64,000 nucleotides of DNA from positions 806,001 to 870,000 of the forward strand of contig CM035352.1 of assembly GCA_020137815.1 (NCBI GenBank), given 5' to 3'. Below, piece after piece: positions 63,314 through 64,000 of the stretch (position 1 is its first letter; each line of letters starts with the position of its first letter). The notes under the pieces were generated by a model. The model searched no databases. It was not told the origin of the DNA and saw nothing but the letters and a program-made list of their open reading frames with translations. The DNA comes from Hormiphora californensis (Eukaryota; Animalia; Ctenophora). The position numbers were made by a program, and so were the translations under genes.

Positions 63314-64000
63314 ATCGAAATGAGGAGTGAACGAGAGAGAGAGAGAAGCAGGAAGATAGAGGAAATTGAGATCTATTTATTATCCCTGATCCCCCGTTGA
63401 AGAAAGGAAAGGGACAGTGTGCTTATTTAAATTGTTACATCGTGCGTGTGCGTGTGTGTTAGTTACTACTGTATTTATATATCTCCTGTATTAGAGAGTG
63501 AGAACGTAATAAAAGGAACTCATATATATTGATGACTTGAAGTCACGAGCATGAAAGGAGAGAGAAAGCAGAGAGAAAGGAGAGAGAGGAGGTTGATCAG
63601 ATGGACTCTCTATAATGGTGATACTGCACACGCACACATATCAAGAGATGAAGAGTAATAATATATATTGGTTGTTGTAGTGTTGTGTTTTTGTGTCTTC
63701 TCCTGTATTATAGGTATCATGTACTTACTATTTAGTGATCTACAAACATAATATCAATTAACGTAAATCTGGTATATAACATGGTGTAGGAGCAGGGTGT
63801 GAGTTACTCCGGTTTTTGGAGAAAAGTTAAAACCACCACCCTCAGAATTGCTCCACCCCCGTGTGTTTCTCTCAGATCCGAGATTCAGAGAAGTTTAATG
63901 GTGTTATAAAAATGTAAAAAGGTCAAATCGTGTGTCACCAGTTCTAACTAAACCAGTGATATGATCCAATTGTTCTACGAACTACAATGTAGCTATGCTA

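Overview
Intron-rich, AT-moderate animal genomic DNA, not prokaryotic. Short GT-AG introns, (GA)n microsatellites and several short repeats that I recall from Pleurobrachia-type sequences suggest a ctenophore; this is recall, not a search result. Manual splicing gives eight genes: a 5'-partial Shaker-superfamily K+ channel with a degenerate voltage sensor (+), a receptor guanylyl-cyclase-like gene whose cyclase domain lacks catalytic residues (+), an orphan gene (-), FKBP4/FKBP52-like (-), BARD1 (-), U2AF1/U2AF35 (-), an Rb-family p107/p130-like gene (-) and SERCA (+). Positions ~18-41 kb form a repeat-rich block: non-autonomous TIR/foldback elements, a TTAA element present as both filled and empty site, and a poorly polished ~1.23-kb tandem array. 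The most interesting signals are candidate intron-generating (introner-like) elements, operon-like gene packing with acceptor AGs just before start codons, the adjacent non-canonical channel and pseudo-enzyme receptor, and E2F-site clusters in the Rb gene. Assembly quality is uneven (single-base insertions in exons, homopolymer noise at ~20.4-34 kb and 57.5-58.4 kb, one N gap), so frameshifts and stops need caution.
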